Origin: Eledone cirrhosa
Lineage: Eukaryota
Length of the DNA: 64,000 nucleotides
Reading direction: 5' to 3'
Assembly: GCA_964016885.1 (NCBI GenBank)
Contig: OZ024749.1
Location: 26,474,001-26,538,000 of the forward strand
The notes under the pieces are model-generated. The model was not told where the DNA came from and searched no databases. It saw nothing but the letters and a program-made list of their open reading frames with translations. Both the position numbers and the translations under genes were made by a program. Positions 30,661-43,951 of this stretch are shown here, in pieces. Every line of letters starts with the position of its first letter. The first letter of the stretch is position 1.

Positions 30661-30827
30661 TCTATATCTCCCCCCCCCCCGCCTCCATCTCTCTCTATCT
30701 CTCACTCTCTCTCTCTAGAGTAAATCCGCTGTATTTAGACCTGGCGTGGTGAACGATGGGCCCCGCCAAGTTTAAAAATTGCTCAAAACACATATGTAAG
30801 TATGTGTGAATGTGATATATACAAATA

Positions 30828-31012
30828 TATCGTGAGGTTGTGAGTTCGATTCCCCGACCGAGCGATGCGTTATGTCCTTGAGCAAGACACTTTATTTCAC
30901 GTTTCTCCTTCTACCTGGAGTTGCATCCGATAGATAGTATTAGCAATTGGAAAGACCAATGGAAACATTGTTTCCTCGGTCCGATTTGACGAAACTCGAT
31001 CGTTCTTTCCTT
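30828..31012 (+). mobile_element. tRNA-derived SINE (OK-like), 5' truncated
   Basis: Aligns with 4126-4298. Confidence 0.8.
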
Positions 31013-31032
31013 GTATATATATATATATATAT

Positions 31033-31735
31033 ATAGAAAGATTTGAATGGATACAGTTTAGTTGAAAGGAATTTATTGACACGTGTTTCTATAACAGTTA
31101 CATAACCTAAAACAGCTATCTACAAACTTTTAGTTATGCAGACATTCAATATTTCAATGTTATTGTTTACTGTCATTTCATCAGAATAATATTACTGAGG
31201 ACCTATTTAGTTTTTATAGAGAATATTAGGAGGAAGGGGTGAAGTTGTTAGAAGAATAGTTGAAGGAGTGGTTTTTCGATAGCAGTGAGAATTCTTGGTG
31301 GCAGTGATTAATTAGATTCCCATCTGTTGTTTTGACATTTTTTATAGAATATATTATTGGTTATTTTTCTAAATCTATAGAAGGATTAGAGATAGTAAAG
31401 ATATGCGTGGTTGGTTTTGTGTTTGCACTTAACATTCAGACTTAAATTTTTCTTTCAAGTGTACGTATTCTTTCACCCACGCATTCACACACAAATATAT
31501 TTGCACACCTCTACAAAATACATATACTCACAATTCACATATTCATACTTACATATATATACACATGCATACACATATATATACACACATGTATTCATGT
31601 ACATACATACGCGCTCATGTGTATACATTTTCATACTCAACTTATCTTTATATATACACACGTATAGACACACACATATATACATACATACTCTAGTCCA
31701 TGTGTACACACATACACATACATACACATCCATAT
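31033..31735 (-). repeat. 3' pseudo-LTR
   Basis: Direct repeat of 34632-35334. One substitution noticed (GTACGTATT vs GTACGCATT). Confidence 0.95.
31143..31190 (-). ncRNA. Atypical hammerhead-like core in pseudo-LTR (second copy 34742-34789)
   Basis: CTGATGA-AATG...CATT-GAAA is present, but stems I and III pair poorly. Confidence 0.45.
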
Positions 31736-31779
31736 ACACATACATACATACACATATATATATACATATATACATATAC

Positions 31780-31826
<47 letters not shown>

Positions 31827-32145
31827 CATATATACACACATATACACACACACACCCATATATATATATATATATAAGCACTTTAATACATGAATACACT
31901 TACATCTAACTATACACATCAAACATATATATATATTTACTTATTTATATACATTTTCACATATATATACATACTTATGGACGTTTTTAGACACATTCAT
32001 TATCGCATATTTGTACCTATTCTCATCAGCATATCTTTTCATTATTAGTATGGTAATTTAAGGTTATTAATATATGTTGAAAAGAGATTGTTTTTATATT
32101 TTTCTAACTAGATTAAGGTTTATATAGTTGGGGGATGTCCCTCTT

Positions 32146-34467
32146 TTATGTAATATTCGGCTTGTAGTGGGAAAAAAGGGTTTTAGTTCTGTGACGGCAG
32201 AATAATGTTCGTTCAATTCTGTTATTCAGCAGTTTCTTCTTGTGTGTGATTATGTAATAAATCTCAAGATTACACAATTTGCAGAAATTTTGGCTCCTGG
32301 AAAAGCTTTGGGTTTTAGCTAATTTTTCCCATTTTAGGGTAAACTTTTGATTGCTATCCCTGAGCGTCCAAGCTTTCTCTGCTAAAGTTGTTACATTTCT
32401 TTGGCTCTGGTGTTTTATTGAGTAAGAATGCCTATACAATCGAGATTTAAACGATGTTGCCGTTGATCCCACGTAATACCACTCGTTGCCTCCGGATTTA
32501 ATGGTACACTTATAAATAATATTTTTTTCCAGGCAGTTATTGCCGAGGGGGCAGTTGTCAGGATAGGTGCAGTTACAGTTGTGTACGTTGGGTTTTCTCT
32601 GGAGTAGTATTGCGGACGAACTTAGGTGTGGTTTATTTATGTTCTGTAGTGTATTGTCTACTGTTTTTTGGGGGTTCTTTGTACTTAAGTTCTTAGTGTT
32701 TTCGTTTAACCTTCTAGTATTGATCTTTTTTATGTGTTGTTCAAGGTTTAACGCTGTAGAGTATGACAGTCTTATAGTGGTAGGGTTTAGGATTTTGTGG
32801 TATTTGTGTGATGTGGGAAAATGTCTTTTAATTATTTTAAAGAAGAGTACTGGTAAATTTGTACTAATGGAGCTATTGTATTCGGGGTTATACCATAAGT
32901 ACTCTTTGCATCGCTTTCTATTAGTTTTGTTTGTTGGTTTACTGGTGTGCATACTATGGTGGTAAGTGTGGTTTGGTGTTGTGTTATTATATCTACCTAT
33001 GTGGGATTTATTTTGGGTGTTTTGATTGTTCCCATCTATGTACTCTATTTTGTTGAGGTAGCCTGCTTTACTAAGGGCGTTATCGTAGTACTCGGCGTGT
33101 TCCTTAAATACTTGTATGTTAGAAGATAGACCCGAGATTCTAAGGGAAATATTTTTAGGGATAGATTTAATTATAGAGATGGGGTGGTTAGACCCAACAT
33201 TTACGTATTTGAGATTTTCATTCAATTTATGAAACGGTTTAATCAAACCAGAGTTTAAATTGAGTGTGACATCCAGGAAGTTAACTACTTTAAGGTTGTA
33301 TTCATATGTTATAGTTAGTCCTATTTCGAGTAGTAGTTTTCTTATATCTTTGCGTAGTTTTTCTAGTTTTTGGTTATTAAGGTTTTTAGCTAGGAGGAGA
33401 ACATCGTCGCGGTATATTCCGCCGTGGAGATTGCTGAATTTTTCCTGGAGTCTAAAGGCGATAAATAACCCCACAATATCAGTTATTTCCGCTGAATCGT
33501 TAGAGCCCATTGTTATGTCAAAGTTAGAGGGTCTATCTTTACGTACCCAATAACTGTTCTCAAATTTGACTATAGTTTTCCTAGCTTCTAATATAATCTT
33601 AATTTCATCGTTTGTAAGGTCGGAGTTATCCTTAGCAAACTTAATGGCTCTATTCAAAGTTTCAGGTGATATCGATGAGTAATATTCATCGATATCAAAC
33701 TGGATAAACTTAGATTTATTCTTATTGCTAATGCTATTAAACCATCTTATTGCTTCTTGGGTCTTCCCCCAGAGTTTAATGTTAACCTTAGCCTTAATTT
33801 GGGGGATGATTCTATCTAAGATATATTTGCTTATTTTACCTATATCTGATTTAGAGGGGCAGATTAATCTAATTTTAGGGTCATTATCAAAGTTTACCTT
33901 GTGGTCCTTAAGATTGAAAGTGGGTACCGCCGGTAAGAGTGGTCCTGTCCTATCTTCGATTCCGAGATTTTTCACTATTTCGCATGCCTCATCATTGATG
34001 TGCTTAAGGGTTACTTCACTCGTTTTTCTATATTTTTTATGTAATTCTTTTCGAATGAAGTTGTTGTATGTAGTGCAATCCATAGTGTACAGGTTTGATG
34101 TTTTGTCCGCTTTTACTACAATTCCTTTGGTGTTTTTAAGGTCGTCCAGTAGTTTTTTTATATCTTTCTGTAATTTGCTGTTGGTGTTGCGTCCTTTGAA
34201 TTTAATTTTAAGGATTAAGTTCATAAGGTCCTGCTCAAATGCATCTAATAGTGGGTTGGTGGGTGGGTTTTTACAAGTCCTAAAACCGAATTTTTTGTTT
34301 ACACCACTTTCTAATGTTGAGTTCATACGGCTTCTATCATAGTGGAGCGTTTTCCACCTGACACGTCGAATGAATTCATTAGTTTTTTGAATCATGCTCA
34401 ATAAATATTCCTTTCTACCTTGGGTTGGTATGTTTTTGAGTGACATATCCAGGTAGTGTTTTTCCAT
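32146..34467 (-). CDS. PLE polyprotein: reverse transcriptase + C-terminal GIY-YIG endonuclease (773 aa)
   Basis: RT motifs FIQFDIDEYYSSI, ITMGSNDS, IYRDD and FLDVTL. Cys cluster CNC..CPL..NC. Endonuclease motifs IIYKC..YYVGST..FKSRLYRH and C-terminal CKLCNLE..CRH. Confidence 0.95.
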   Translation of the reverse strand: MEKHYLDMSLKNIPTQGRKEYLLSMIQKTNEFIRRVRWKTLHYDRSRMNSTLESGVNKKFGFRTCKNPPTNPLLDAFEQDLMNLILKIKFKGRNTNSKLQKDIKKLLDDLKNTKGIVVKADKTSNLYTMDCTTYNNFIRKELHKKYRKTSEVTLKHINDEACEIVKNLGIEDRTGPLLPAVPTFNLKDHKVNFDNDPKIRLICPSKSDIGKISKYILDRIIPQIKAKVNIKLWGKTQEAIRWFNSISNKNKSKFIQFDIDEYYSSISPETLNRAIKFAKDNSDLTNDEIKIILEARKTIVKFENSYWVRKDRPSNFDITMGSNDSAEITDIVGLFIAFRLQEKFSNLHGGIYRDDVLLLAKNLNNQKLEKLRKDIRKLLLEIGLTITYEYNLKVVNFLDVTLNLNSGLIKPFHKLNENLKYVNVGSNHPISIIKSIPKNISLRISGLSSNIQVFKEHAEYYDNALSKAGYLNKIEYIDGNNQNTQNKSHIGRYNNTTPNHTYHHSMHTSKPTNKTNRKRCKEYLWYNPEYNSSISTNLPVLFFKIIKRHFPTSHKYHKILNPTTIRLSYSTALNLEQHIKKINTRRLNENTKNLSTKNPQKTVDNTLQNINKPHLSSSAILLQRKPNVHNCNCTYPDNCPLGNNCLEKNIIYKCTIKSGGNEWYYVGSTATSFKSRLYRHSYSIKHQSQRNVTTLAEKAWTLRDSNQKFTLKWEKLAKTQSFSRSQNFCKLCNLEIYYIITHKKKLLNNRIERTLFCRHRTKTLFSHYKPNIT

Positions 34468-34631
34468 TGTTGTGGTTGCGTTTGCTGTGTGGGTTGCTCG
34501 ACTTTACAGGAGGTAAATATACAGTTTTTTCCGTTGTGTTGTAATATAAATATTACACACAGTAGATTATCAGCTCACGTAGAGTTTGCTCGACGGTTCC
34601 AGTTGTAGTTCCAAAAGTAATCCGGAGAAAA

Positions 34632-35328
34632 ATAGAAAGATTTGAATGGATACAGTTTAGTTGAAAGGAATTTATTGACACGTGTTTCTATAACAGTTAC
34701 ATAACCTAAAACAGCTATCTACAAACTTTTAGTTATGCAGACATTCAATATTTCAATGTTATTGTTTACTGTCATTTCATCAGAATAATATTACTGAGGA
34801 CCTATTTAGTTTTTATAGAGAATATTAGGAGGAAGGGGTGAAGTTGTTAGAAGAATAGTTGAAGGAGTGGTTTTTCGATAGCAGTGAGAATTCTTGGTGG
34901 CAGTGATTAATTAGATTCCCATCTGTTGTTTTGACATTTTTTATAGAATATATTATTGGTTATTTTTCTAAATCTATAGAAGGATTAGAGATAGTAAAGA
35001 TATGCGTGGTTGGTTTTGTGTTTGCACTTAACATTCAGACTTAAATTTTTCTTTCAAGTGTACGCATTCTTTCACCCACGCATTCACACACAAATATATT
35101 TGCACACCTCTACAAAATACATATACTCACAATTCACATATTCATACTTACATATATATACACATGCATACACATATATATACACACATGTATTCATGTA
35201 CATACATACGCGCTCATGTGTATACATTTTCATACTCAACTTATCTTTATATATACACACGTATAGACACACACATATATACATACATACTCTAGTCCAT
35301 GTGTACACACATACACATACATACACAT

Positions 35329-35334
<6 letters not shown>
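34632..35334 (-). repeat. 5' pseudo-LTR
   Basis: Direct repeat of 31033-31735. Confidence 0.95.
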
Positions 35335-35369
<35 letters not shown>

Positions 35370-35373
<4 letters not shown>

Positions 35374-36312
35374 AACGAGTAGAACCCCGACGGCTGAGCT
35401 CAAGCCGTTTCGACGGCTAATTCTGGACTATAGGGGCTGGGGGGGGGGGTTACATATGTACATACATATATGTATTCACTATTCCTGCATACACATATAT
35501 ACACATATATAAACACACACTATCGTACTCTCTCACATTGACACATTCTCACAAATGTATACACTCACACATTCACATATTCACACATTTACATATTCAC
35601 ACATTTACATATTCACACATTTACATATTCACACATTTACATATTCACACATTTACATATTCACACATTTACATATTCACACATTTACATATTCACACAT
35701 TTACATATACACACATTTACATATTCACACACTCACACACTCACACATTCACAAACATTCACACATTCACACACTCACACATTGACACATTCACACACTC
35801 ACACACTCACACACTCTCACACTCACACACTCACACATTCACACATTCACACACTCACACATTCACACACTCACACATTCACACATTCACAAACATTCAC
35901 ACATTCATACACTCACACATTCATACACTCACACACTCTCACACTCACACATTCACACACTCTCACACTCACACATTGACACATTCAGACACTCACACAC
36001 TCACACATTCATACACTCACACACTCACGCACTCACACATTCACACACTCACACACGCACACATTCACACATTCACACACTCACACACTCACACATTCAC
36101 ACACTCACACACTCACACATTCACACACTCACACACTCACACACTCACACACACACATACTTTTATATGCTTCTCTCTCACTCTTTCCCCCTCCAAACGG
36201 CTTGAGCTCAGCCGTCGGGGTCCTACTCGTTCCTATTACCCACTCTACTACCCTAAGTATTGAGTACTTCGGTGCGTTATGGTCCATCTGGTTCCTTACC
36301 ACATTTCCTTCG

Positions 36313-36316
<4 letters not shown>
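35370..36316 (+). mobile_element. Family D hairpin element with ~760-bp foreign filler between the arms
   Basis: Left arm 35370-35430, right arm plus extension 36195-36316. Confidence 0.75.
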
Positions 36317-36395
<79 letters not shown>

Positions 36396-36894
36396 ATACA
36401 ATAACAGAGATAGTTTAAAGCTAAACTCTGACTGGTAACCATCTCACTCAACAAACATTAGGTTATATTTAAATATAAACCCAATTTAAGTGTTTGGGGT
36501 GCTAACTATATGTATAATGTGGAAAAACCAGTTGTATTATTTTATGAGATATAATTAAAGTTAAAGTATATCTCTCTTTCCAAACAATTGTTTCATTATA
36601 AGTTTTCTACAAGTTGGGAGAATATTTCCAGTTTATGTAGAAGCCTAATATATATCCATGTAAGAATATATTTAGGTGGGCGCTTATAAATCATCAGTGG
36701 AAGCCCATTAAACTTTGATATAAGAAAGAAATTCTTACCGCAGTCAAAAATCGTGTCTGTTATGTTGCTCCTTCTAGGATCGAATGACCGCCAAATTTGA
36801 AGTTCCAGCAGTTTTTGACTGAGGAAGTATCATAGCGACACGAAGCGGGAAGGGGAGACAACTACGATCCACGAAAGGAGGGAAAAGATAATAT

Positions 36895-37390
36895 ACACGC
36901 GGGTTAATTAGTTTTTTCGAAAACATTATCAATCCAACGTGTTAAGAACACAATTGAAAATAAAAAAAATAAATATATGCGTGTATAAATTACACACGCA
37001 TATAGATATTTTCTTAGGCTAAAATCAGAAGTTGTACCCGAATAAGAACCGCATCTCATAACCGCAGTAAATACAGAAAGTTATGCTTTAAAGGGCAAAT
37101 GGGAATGTAAATCTCCGGCCGAATTAAGAGTAAAATATAAAACACACGCGGGTTAATTAGCTATTTCAAAACTAATATCAATTCCTCGTGTAAAGAACTC
37201 AATTAATTAAAGAAAATAAATGTATGCATGTAATTATATACATAGGCATATATATATATTATCTTAGGCTAAAAAACAGAGAAGTTACAACCAAAAAAAA
37301 ACACAACATTTCACAACAGTAATAAATACGGAAAGTCAAATTCATAAGGTACCTGGAAATAAACACCTCTGGCCAATCAAGAGTAAATAT
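36895..37390. repeat. Diverged ~250-bp tandem duplication
   Basis: CACGCGGGTTAATTAG...CTTAGGCTAAAA...AAGAGTAAA occurs twice. Confidence 0.8.
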
Positions 37391-37414
37391 ATATATATAT
37401 ATATATATTAACAT

Positions 37415-37482
37415 CTCTGTCTGATGATCGATCTAGACGTATGTTAATCCTGTCTAGCGTCCTGAAACCTTGAGTAATGGAG
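37415..37482 (+). ncRNA. Type I hammerhead in a ~105-bp fragment between TA tracts
   Basis: CTCTGT-CTGATGA (37421)-..CTAGAC/GTCTAG..-GAAA (37464)-C CTTGA G-TA-ATGGAG. Confidence 0.75.
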
Positions 37483-37525
37483 TAGTTATATATTGTGTTG
37501 TTTACTTTCTAGTTATATATATATG

Positions 37526-37588
<63 letters not shown>

Positions 37589-37748
37589 GTATATATGTAT
37601 ATGTGTATATGTATATGTGTATATATATATGTATATATATATATGTATATATATATATATGTATAAATATATGTATATATATATGTATATATATATATAT
37701 ATGTATAAATATATGTATATATATATATATGTATATATATATATAAGT

Positions 37749-37788
<40 letters not shown>

Positions 37789-38464
37789 ACATGTATATAT
37801 ATATATATACATGTATATATATATATGTATATGTATACATGTATATATATATATATATATGTATATGTATACATGTATATATATATATATGTATATATAT
37901 ATATGTATATATATATATATGTATACATGTATATATATATGTATACATGTATATATATATATGTAAATGTATATATATATATGTATATGTATACGTGTAT
38001 ATATATATATGTATATGTATATATATATATGTATATGTATACATGTATATATATATATATATGTATATGTATACATGTATATATATATATATGTATATAT
38101 ATATATGTATATGTATACATGTATATATATATATATGTATACATGTATATATATATGTATACATGTATATATATATATATATGTATATGTATATATATAT
38201 ATATGTATATGTATACGTGTATATATATATGTATATGTATACATGTATATATATATGTATATGTATACATGTATATATGTATATGTATACATGTATATAT
38301 ATATATATGTATATGTATACATGTATATATATATGTATATGTATACATATGTATATGCATACATGTATATATATACATATGTATATGTATACATGTATAT
38401 ATATACATATGTATATGTATACATGTATATATATATATATGTATATGCATACATGTATATATAT

Positions 38465-38532
<68 letters not shown>

Positions 38533-38590
38533 CTATATATGTATATGTATATATGTATGTATCTATATATGTATATATGTATATATATAT

Positions 38591-40322
38591 GTCGTTTCTG
38601 AATTTGTTTAGCAAGATTCTTTATCTGAAATCGTGTGTTGAAACCGATATTGTTATACTTTGGGAGGGTCATGTTGCCAATAGGAAACACACGCACCAGT
38701 TGCTTTCACTTTAATTTATTATATACTAGCAGTAAAGCCCGGCGTTGCTCGGGGTCGCTCATTAGCTGTGTTAAAGTTACAATGTTAAGTTTCTATTTTT
38801 GGCTTAAAAACTGTAGTGTCTACTGTGCAGACTTGCATGTGGTGTTTTTTATTAATATTCCCTCAAACAACAATATGCCTTATGAAGTTAAGAAAACATA
38901 ACGATAACCCGAATGTTATAACAAAAGAGGATGCTGGGGATAAAAACTGCACTGGTTATTTATTAACAAAGATCGAAAATGTAAACACTGCAACGCAGAT
39001 AAAAACATTAGCGTAACCAAATTATCAGTTATGTCTGTCTGCACGCCTATATCACCTCTCTGCACGACTGTCTGTCTGCACGCCTATATCACCTCTCTGC
39101 ACGACTGTCTGTCTGCACGCCTATATCACCTCTCTGCACGACTGTCTGTCTGCACGCGTATATCACCTCTCTGCACGACTGTCTGTCTGCACGCCTAACG
39201 ACGAAATATTTGCTTGTTTTACGTAGTCTTTAAATAGACTTGTTTTCAAGTAAAAATATTGTTTTAAAATGCTTTTAAATGGAAATGAAGCAAAACGGAA
39301 GCTTAGTGTTCGAACTGATGAATTTTGCAGGTCAATATTTTGCTGGCTCGACTATTGTGTTAATGTCATTTTAAACGCTGAGAAAGCCAGCGTAATTTTT
39401 TACGTAAGACGCTCAATGTAAACAGAACAAAGGGAAATAACTGATAACTTACGCTCAAAAATCGATACATTATATTCGATTTCGTCACATAGGGTGGGTC
39501 AATTTGAAATTTTTTTTTTCCGATGTCTTCGCTAGGGCTCAATGTACAAGTATAGCAATTTCGGTGCAATTCCGTGAGAGATTCTAAGAGGAGATGTGTG
39601 CCAAAAATCGACAGACAGACAGACAACCACAGTTTTATATATATAGATTTATAAATTTATAAATTTACTAATTTACAAACTTATAAATTTCTGGTTGGTT
39701 GGTTGGTTCCACAACCAGATAGTTGTTTATATATAGTCATAGTCCTTTCGTCACACACTCTGTGACCTCTTCAGTGACTGGGGATTCCTTTCTTCGTTTC
39801 TGTGCCTTTCCTTTCTTCTATCCTACGCCATTTTGTTTCTGTGTGTGTGTTGTGTGCTCAGTTTGCGCATGCGCCACATCCGGGTGTCTGTGTGTGTTTG
39901 TGTTCATTTATCTATTTGTTTATTTATTTATTTATTTATTGTTGGTTGGTTGTTTGTTCTATGTGTGTGTGTGTTTTCATTTTGTCCTGTGTGTGTTTTC
40001 ATTTTGTGTGTTTTTTTTTTTTGTGCGCAAACTGAGCACACAACACACACACAGAAACAAAATGGCGTAGGATAGAAGAAAGGAAAGGCACAGAAACGAA
40101 GAAAGGAATCCCCAGTCACTGAAGAGGTCACAGAGTGTGTGACGAAAGGACTATGACTATATATAAACAACTATCTGGTTGTGGAACCAACCAACCAACC
40201 AGAAATTTATAAGTTTGTAAATTTGTAAATTTATAAATTTATAAATATATAATAAATTGAAGTGAAAGCAACTGGTGCGTGTGTTTCTTATTGGCAACAT
40301 GACCCTCCCAAAGTATAACAAT
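38591..40322 (-). mobile_element. Family A PLE asymmetric hairpin interrupted by a Helitron
   Basis: Long arm 38591-38725 plus 39648-~40020, inverted short arm 40023-40322. Hammerheads at 39735-39779 (minus) and 40114-40158 (plus). Confidence 0.9.
38726..39647 (-). mobile_element. Non-autonomous Helitron (922 bp)
   Basis: 5' TC and 3' hairpin CCCGAGCAACGCCGGG plus CTAG. Inserted at A|T with no TSD, as shown by the uninterrupted opposite arm (40230-40265). Internal 37-bp tandem repeat at 39032-39196. Confidence 0.88.
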
Positions 40323-40364
40323 ATATATATATGTGTATATATATATGTATATATATATATATGA

Positions 40365-40423
<59 letters not shown>

Positions 40424-40505
40424 TAGATAGATACACATACACAAAGATATATGTTATATATATATAGAGAGAGAGAGAGATATACACATGCACAAAGATA
40501 TATGT

Positions 40506-40559
<54 letters not shown>

Positions 40560-40564
<5 letters not shown>

Positions 40565-40823
40565 GATAAACAGAAATAACAACACAATCGGTACAGTATA
40601 TGGAAGGTATATATTAGGTTAACTCTTGATATAGCAGGAAGAGGGCCTTAACGTTTCGGACGCTAGTCCTTCATCAGAAGAAAGAATGAGAAATAAAATA
40701 GATTGAGAGGACGAGCGGGATGGAATTGGAAAAAATGTCTTTAGATAAAAATAACACCTCCATTCATGTTGACATCTGTGGCAAAAACTACTGATGCTGG
40801 CGTTTTGTGTATAATTTATATAT

Positions 40824-40825
<2 letters not shown>
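40560..40825 (-). mobile_element. PLE-like terminal fragment with classic minimal hammerhead (40648-40680)
   Basis: CTT-CTGATGA-A-GGAC TAGC GTCC-GAAA-CG-TT-AAG. Confidence 0.8.
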
Positions 40826-40899
<74 letters not shown>

Positions 40900-40903
<4 letters not shown>

Positions 40904-41127
40904 CAAAGGAATTGTGGTAAGGAACCAGATGGACCATAACGCACCAGAGTACTCAATACTTAGGGTAGTAGAGTGGGAAATAGGAAAATGTATGACCCCG
41001 ACGGCAGAGCTCAAGCCGTTTCGACGGCTATTTCTGGACTAAATTAGAATTTTTAGCCTGGTGAATAATTTAGTCCAGAAATAGCCGTCGAAACGGCTTG
41101 AGCTCTGCCGTCGGGGTCATACTTTTT

Positions 41128-41132
<5 letters not shown>
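40900..41132 (-). mobile_element. Family D asymmetric hairpin
   Basis: Arms at about 40980-41046 and 41066-41132, extension 40900-40980. Each arm has the hammerhead 3' half GAAA-CGGCTTGAGCTCTGCCG-TC. Confidence 0.9.
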
Positions 41133-41175
<43 letters not shown>

Positions 41176-41239
41176 TATTTGTATATTCATATATAATTTA
41201 TATACAGTATGCGTGTGTTGTGTGTGTGTGTTTATACCT

Positions 41240-41720
41240 ATAGTTGATTAAATCGAACCCAGTGCCTTACTGGTACTTTATTTCATCGACCCCTTTCATA
41301 AGGATGAAAGGCAAAGCCATCCTCGGCGGGATTTGAACTCAGAACGTAATGGGAGATAACTCTATGCTGCGAAGCATAGAGTTATGTCCCGACGCTCTAC
41401 CGATTCATCAACCCACTGCCCCTTACTCTCAGACAATAATGATTTCTTTCTACTATAGGCACAAGGCCAGCAATTTTGGGGGAAGTGAAAGTCGATTAAA
41501 CCGAACCCAGTGCATTACGCTCTACCGATTCATCAACCCACCGCCCCTTAATCTCAGGCAATAATTGTTTCTACTTTTGACACAAGGCCAGCAATTACCC
41601 AGTGCATTACTGGTACTTTATTTTACCGACCCCGTAAGGATGAAAGGCAAAGTTAACCTCGGCGGGATTTGAACTCAGACCGTAAAGGGACGTAACTATG
41701 CTGGAAAGCATGGCGTCCAA
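41240..41720 (-). mobile_element. Cluster of OR-type SINEs, partly duplicated
   Basis: Two copies of GGATGAAAGGCAAAG..CCTCGGCGGGATTTGAACTCAG, plus a repeated ACGCTCTACCGATTCATCAACCCAC. Confidence 0.8.
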
Positions 41721-42411
41721 CAATAATAAACCATTTTCAACGTTGGTTACATGTTTTTTAGTATAGACCGTAATGTAGGGGGCTAGGAATTCATGACAGG
41801 GTAGTTGGATATGAGTCGGGTTAGTTGTGGTTGTGGTGGGGTGGTCGGGCAACAATTAGCAATTCAATATCTTATATTTCCTCTATTTTTTATTGTAGTT
41901 TTTTTTTTTTTTCTTCGATTTTTTATTTTGCTATGTTTTTTTTTATTATTTTATACGTCAATTCTTCCTCGTGTGACAAGGTCAAGGCTGTTCCATTGAA
42001 GTGATACTTGAGAACGTAACCAAACCAACGATTAACAGGAGGCGTACATTCGTACAATCGTACGGCTGTGAATATATATATAGAGAGAGAGATATCTGAC
42101 TCTGTCTGTGTATGTCTGCGTGTGTGTGTATTTGTGTGTGTGTGTGTTTGTGCGTATGTATATATATATGCGCTTGTACGTATAATATGACTGATGAATT
42201 TGTAGATATATGTATATATAGGTGTGTTAGTGTGTACATAATATCCCTACATACGTACGTACTTACATACATACAAGCATGCATACGTACATACATACAT
42301 ACATACATATAGAGAAAGAGATGGCTATATATACATACATACATATATATAGAGAAAGAGATGGCTATATATACATACATACATACATACATACATACAT
42401 ACATACATACA

Positions 42412-42445
<34 letters not shown>

Positions 42446-42527
42446 CATATAGAGAAAGAGATGGCTATACATACATACATACATACATACATACATACAT
42501 ACATACATACATACATACATACATACA

Positions 42528-42559
<32 letters not shown>

Positions 42560-42663
42560 GAGAAAGAGATGGCTATATATACATACATACATATATATAG
42601 AGAAAGAGATGGCTATATATACATACATACATACATACATACATACATACATACATACATACA

Positions 42664-42695
<32 letters not shown>

Positions 42696-43060
42696 GAGAA
42701 AGAGATGGCTATATATACATACATATATATATATTAGAGAGAGAGAAAGAAAAGGATGGAGAGAGAAGGAAGAGAGAGAGAGACGGAAGAGAGAGAGTGC
42801 GTGAGAGAAAGGGATGGAGAGAGAGGGAAGAGTAAAGGGGACGGAAACAGAAAATCAGGGCAGAGAGAAAGAAAAAGATAGAGCGAAAAACAGAGCTAGG
42901 GGAGAGAGAGAGGGGAGAGAGAGGGGGAGGAGAGAGGGGGAGGAGAGAGAGGAGAGAATGATTGGATTGCAAAATTCTAAATCCATTCCAATCCTTGTGG
43001 CTTTGTAAAACCCAAAAGAATTGAAGCGAAATTAAATTTAACTATACTGAAGTATACATG

Positions 43061-43093
<33 letters not shown>

Positions 43094-43261
43094 ATTTAAG
43101 TATATATATATATATATCATATATATTTACGTACATATATACATACATATATATATATACACATATAGATGTATATATATCTACATATATATATATATAC
43201 ATATACACCTACATACATATCTGCATACACACATGAATATATATGTATACAAACGTACATT

Positions 43262-43314
<53 letters not shown>

Positions 43315-43319
<5 letters not shown>

Positions 43320-43367
43320 TATGTGTGTATACGTACATACATATATGTATACAGACGTACAGTAGCA

Positions 43368-43443
<76 letters not shown>

Positions 43444-43854
43444 CAGGTACACATACATATATGTACGTATCAGTTTAGCGGACGCTTATTATAACGCCCG
43501 CTTTGTTCGTTTGTAAACAAACTGAACAGCCTGAATTTATCGTTTTCGGTACGCCTGACCGATTTAACTCACTCGATATGAAAATTAGGCTGCTCAGCCG
43601 TTAATTTTCATAAGGAAAGTATATACTTTCGAACGTTCAACCATCTGGCAGAAGGGTATACGGTGCTGATGATAGCTAACAAGCTTGAAACTAGTACATC
43701 GTTCCTGTGTCAGTGTTGAACAAAAAGGTGACGTGGTTGCCTTAACACCATACGGCATAAATTCAGGCTGTTCAGTTTGTTTACAAACGAACAAAGCGGG
43801 CGTTATAATAAGCGTCCGCTAAACTGATACGTACATATATGTATGTGTACCTGT

Positions 43855-43951
<97 letters not shown>

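Larger units (their letters stand above)
31033..35334 (-). mobile_element. Full-length Penelope-like retroelement in partial-tandem form
   Basis: Intact RT+GIY-YIG ORF between ~700-bp direct repeats offset by 3599 bp, inserted in (TA)n. Confidence 0.95.

Noticed and set aside
32567-34342. Plus-strand ORFs inside the PLE
   Set aside because: They are antisense shadows of the RT ORF.
36620-36705. Minus-strand CTGATGA with a long hairpin
   Set aside because: Flanking stems exist, but the GAAA-stem III-TH segment is missing.
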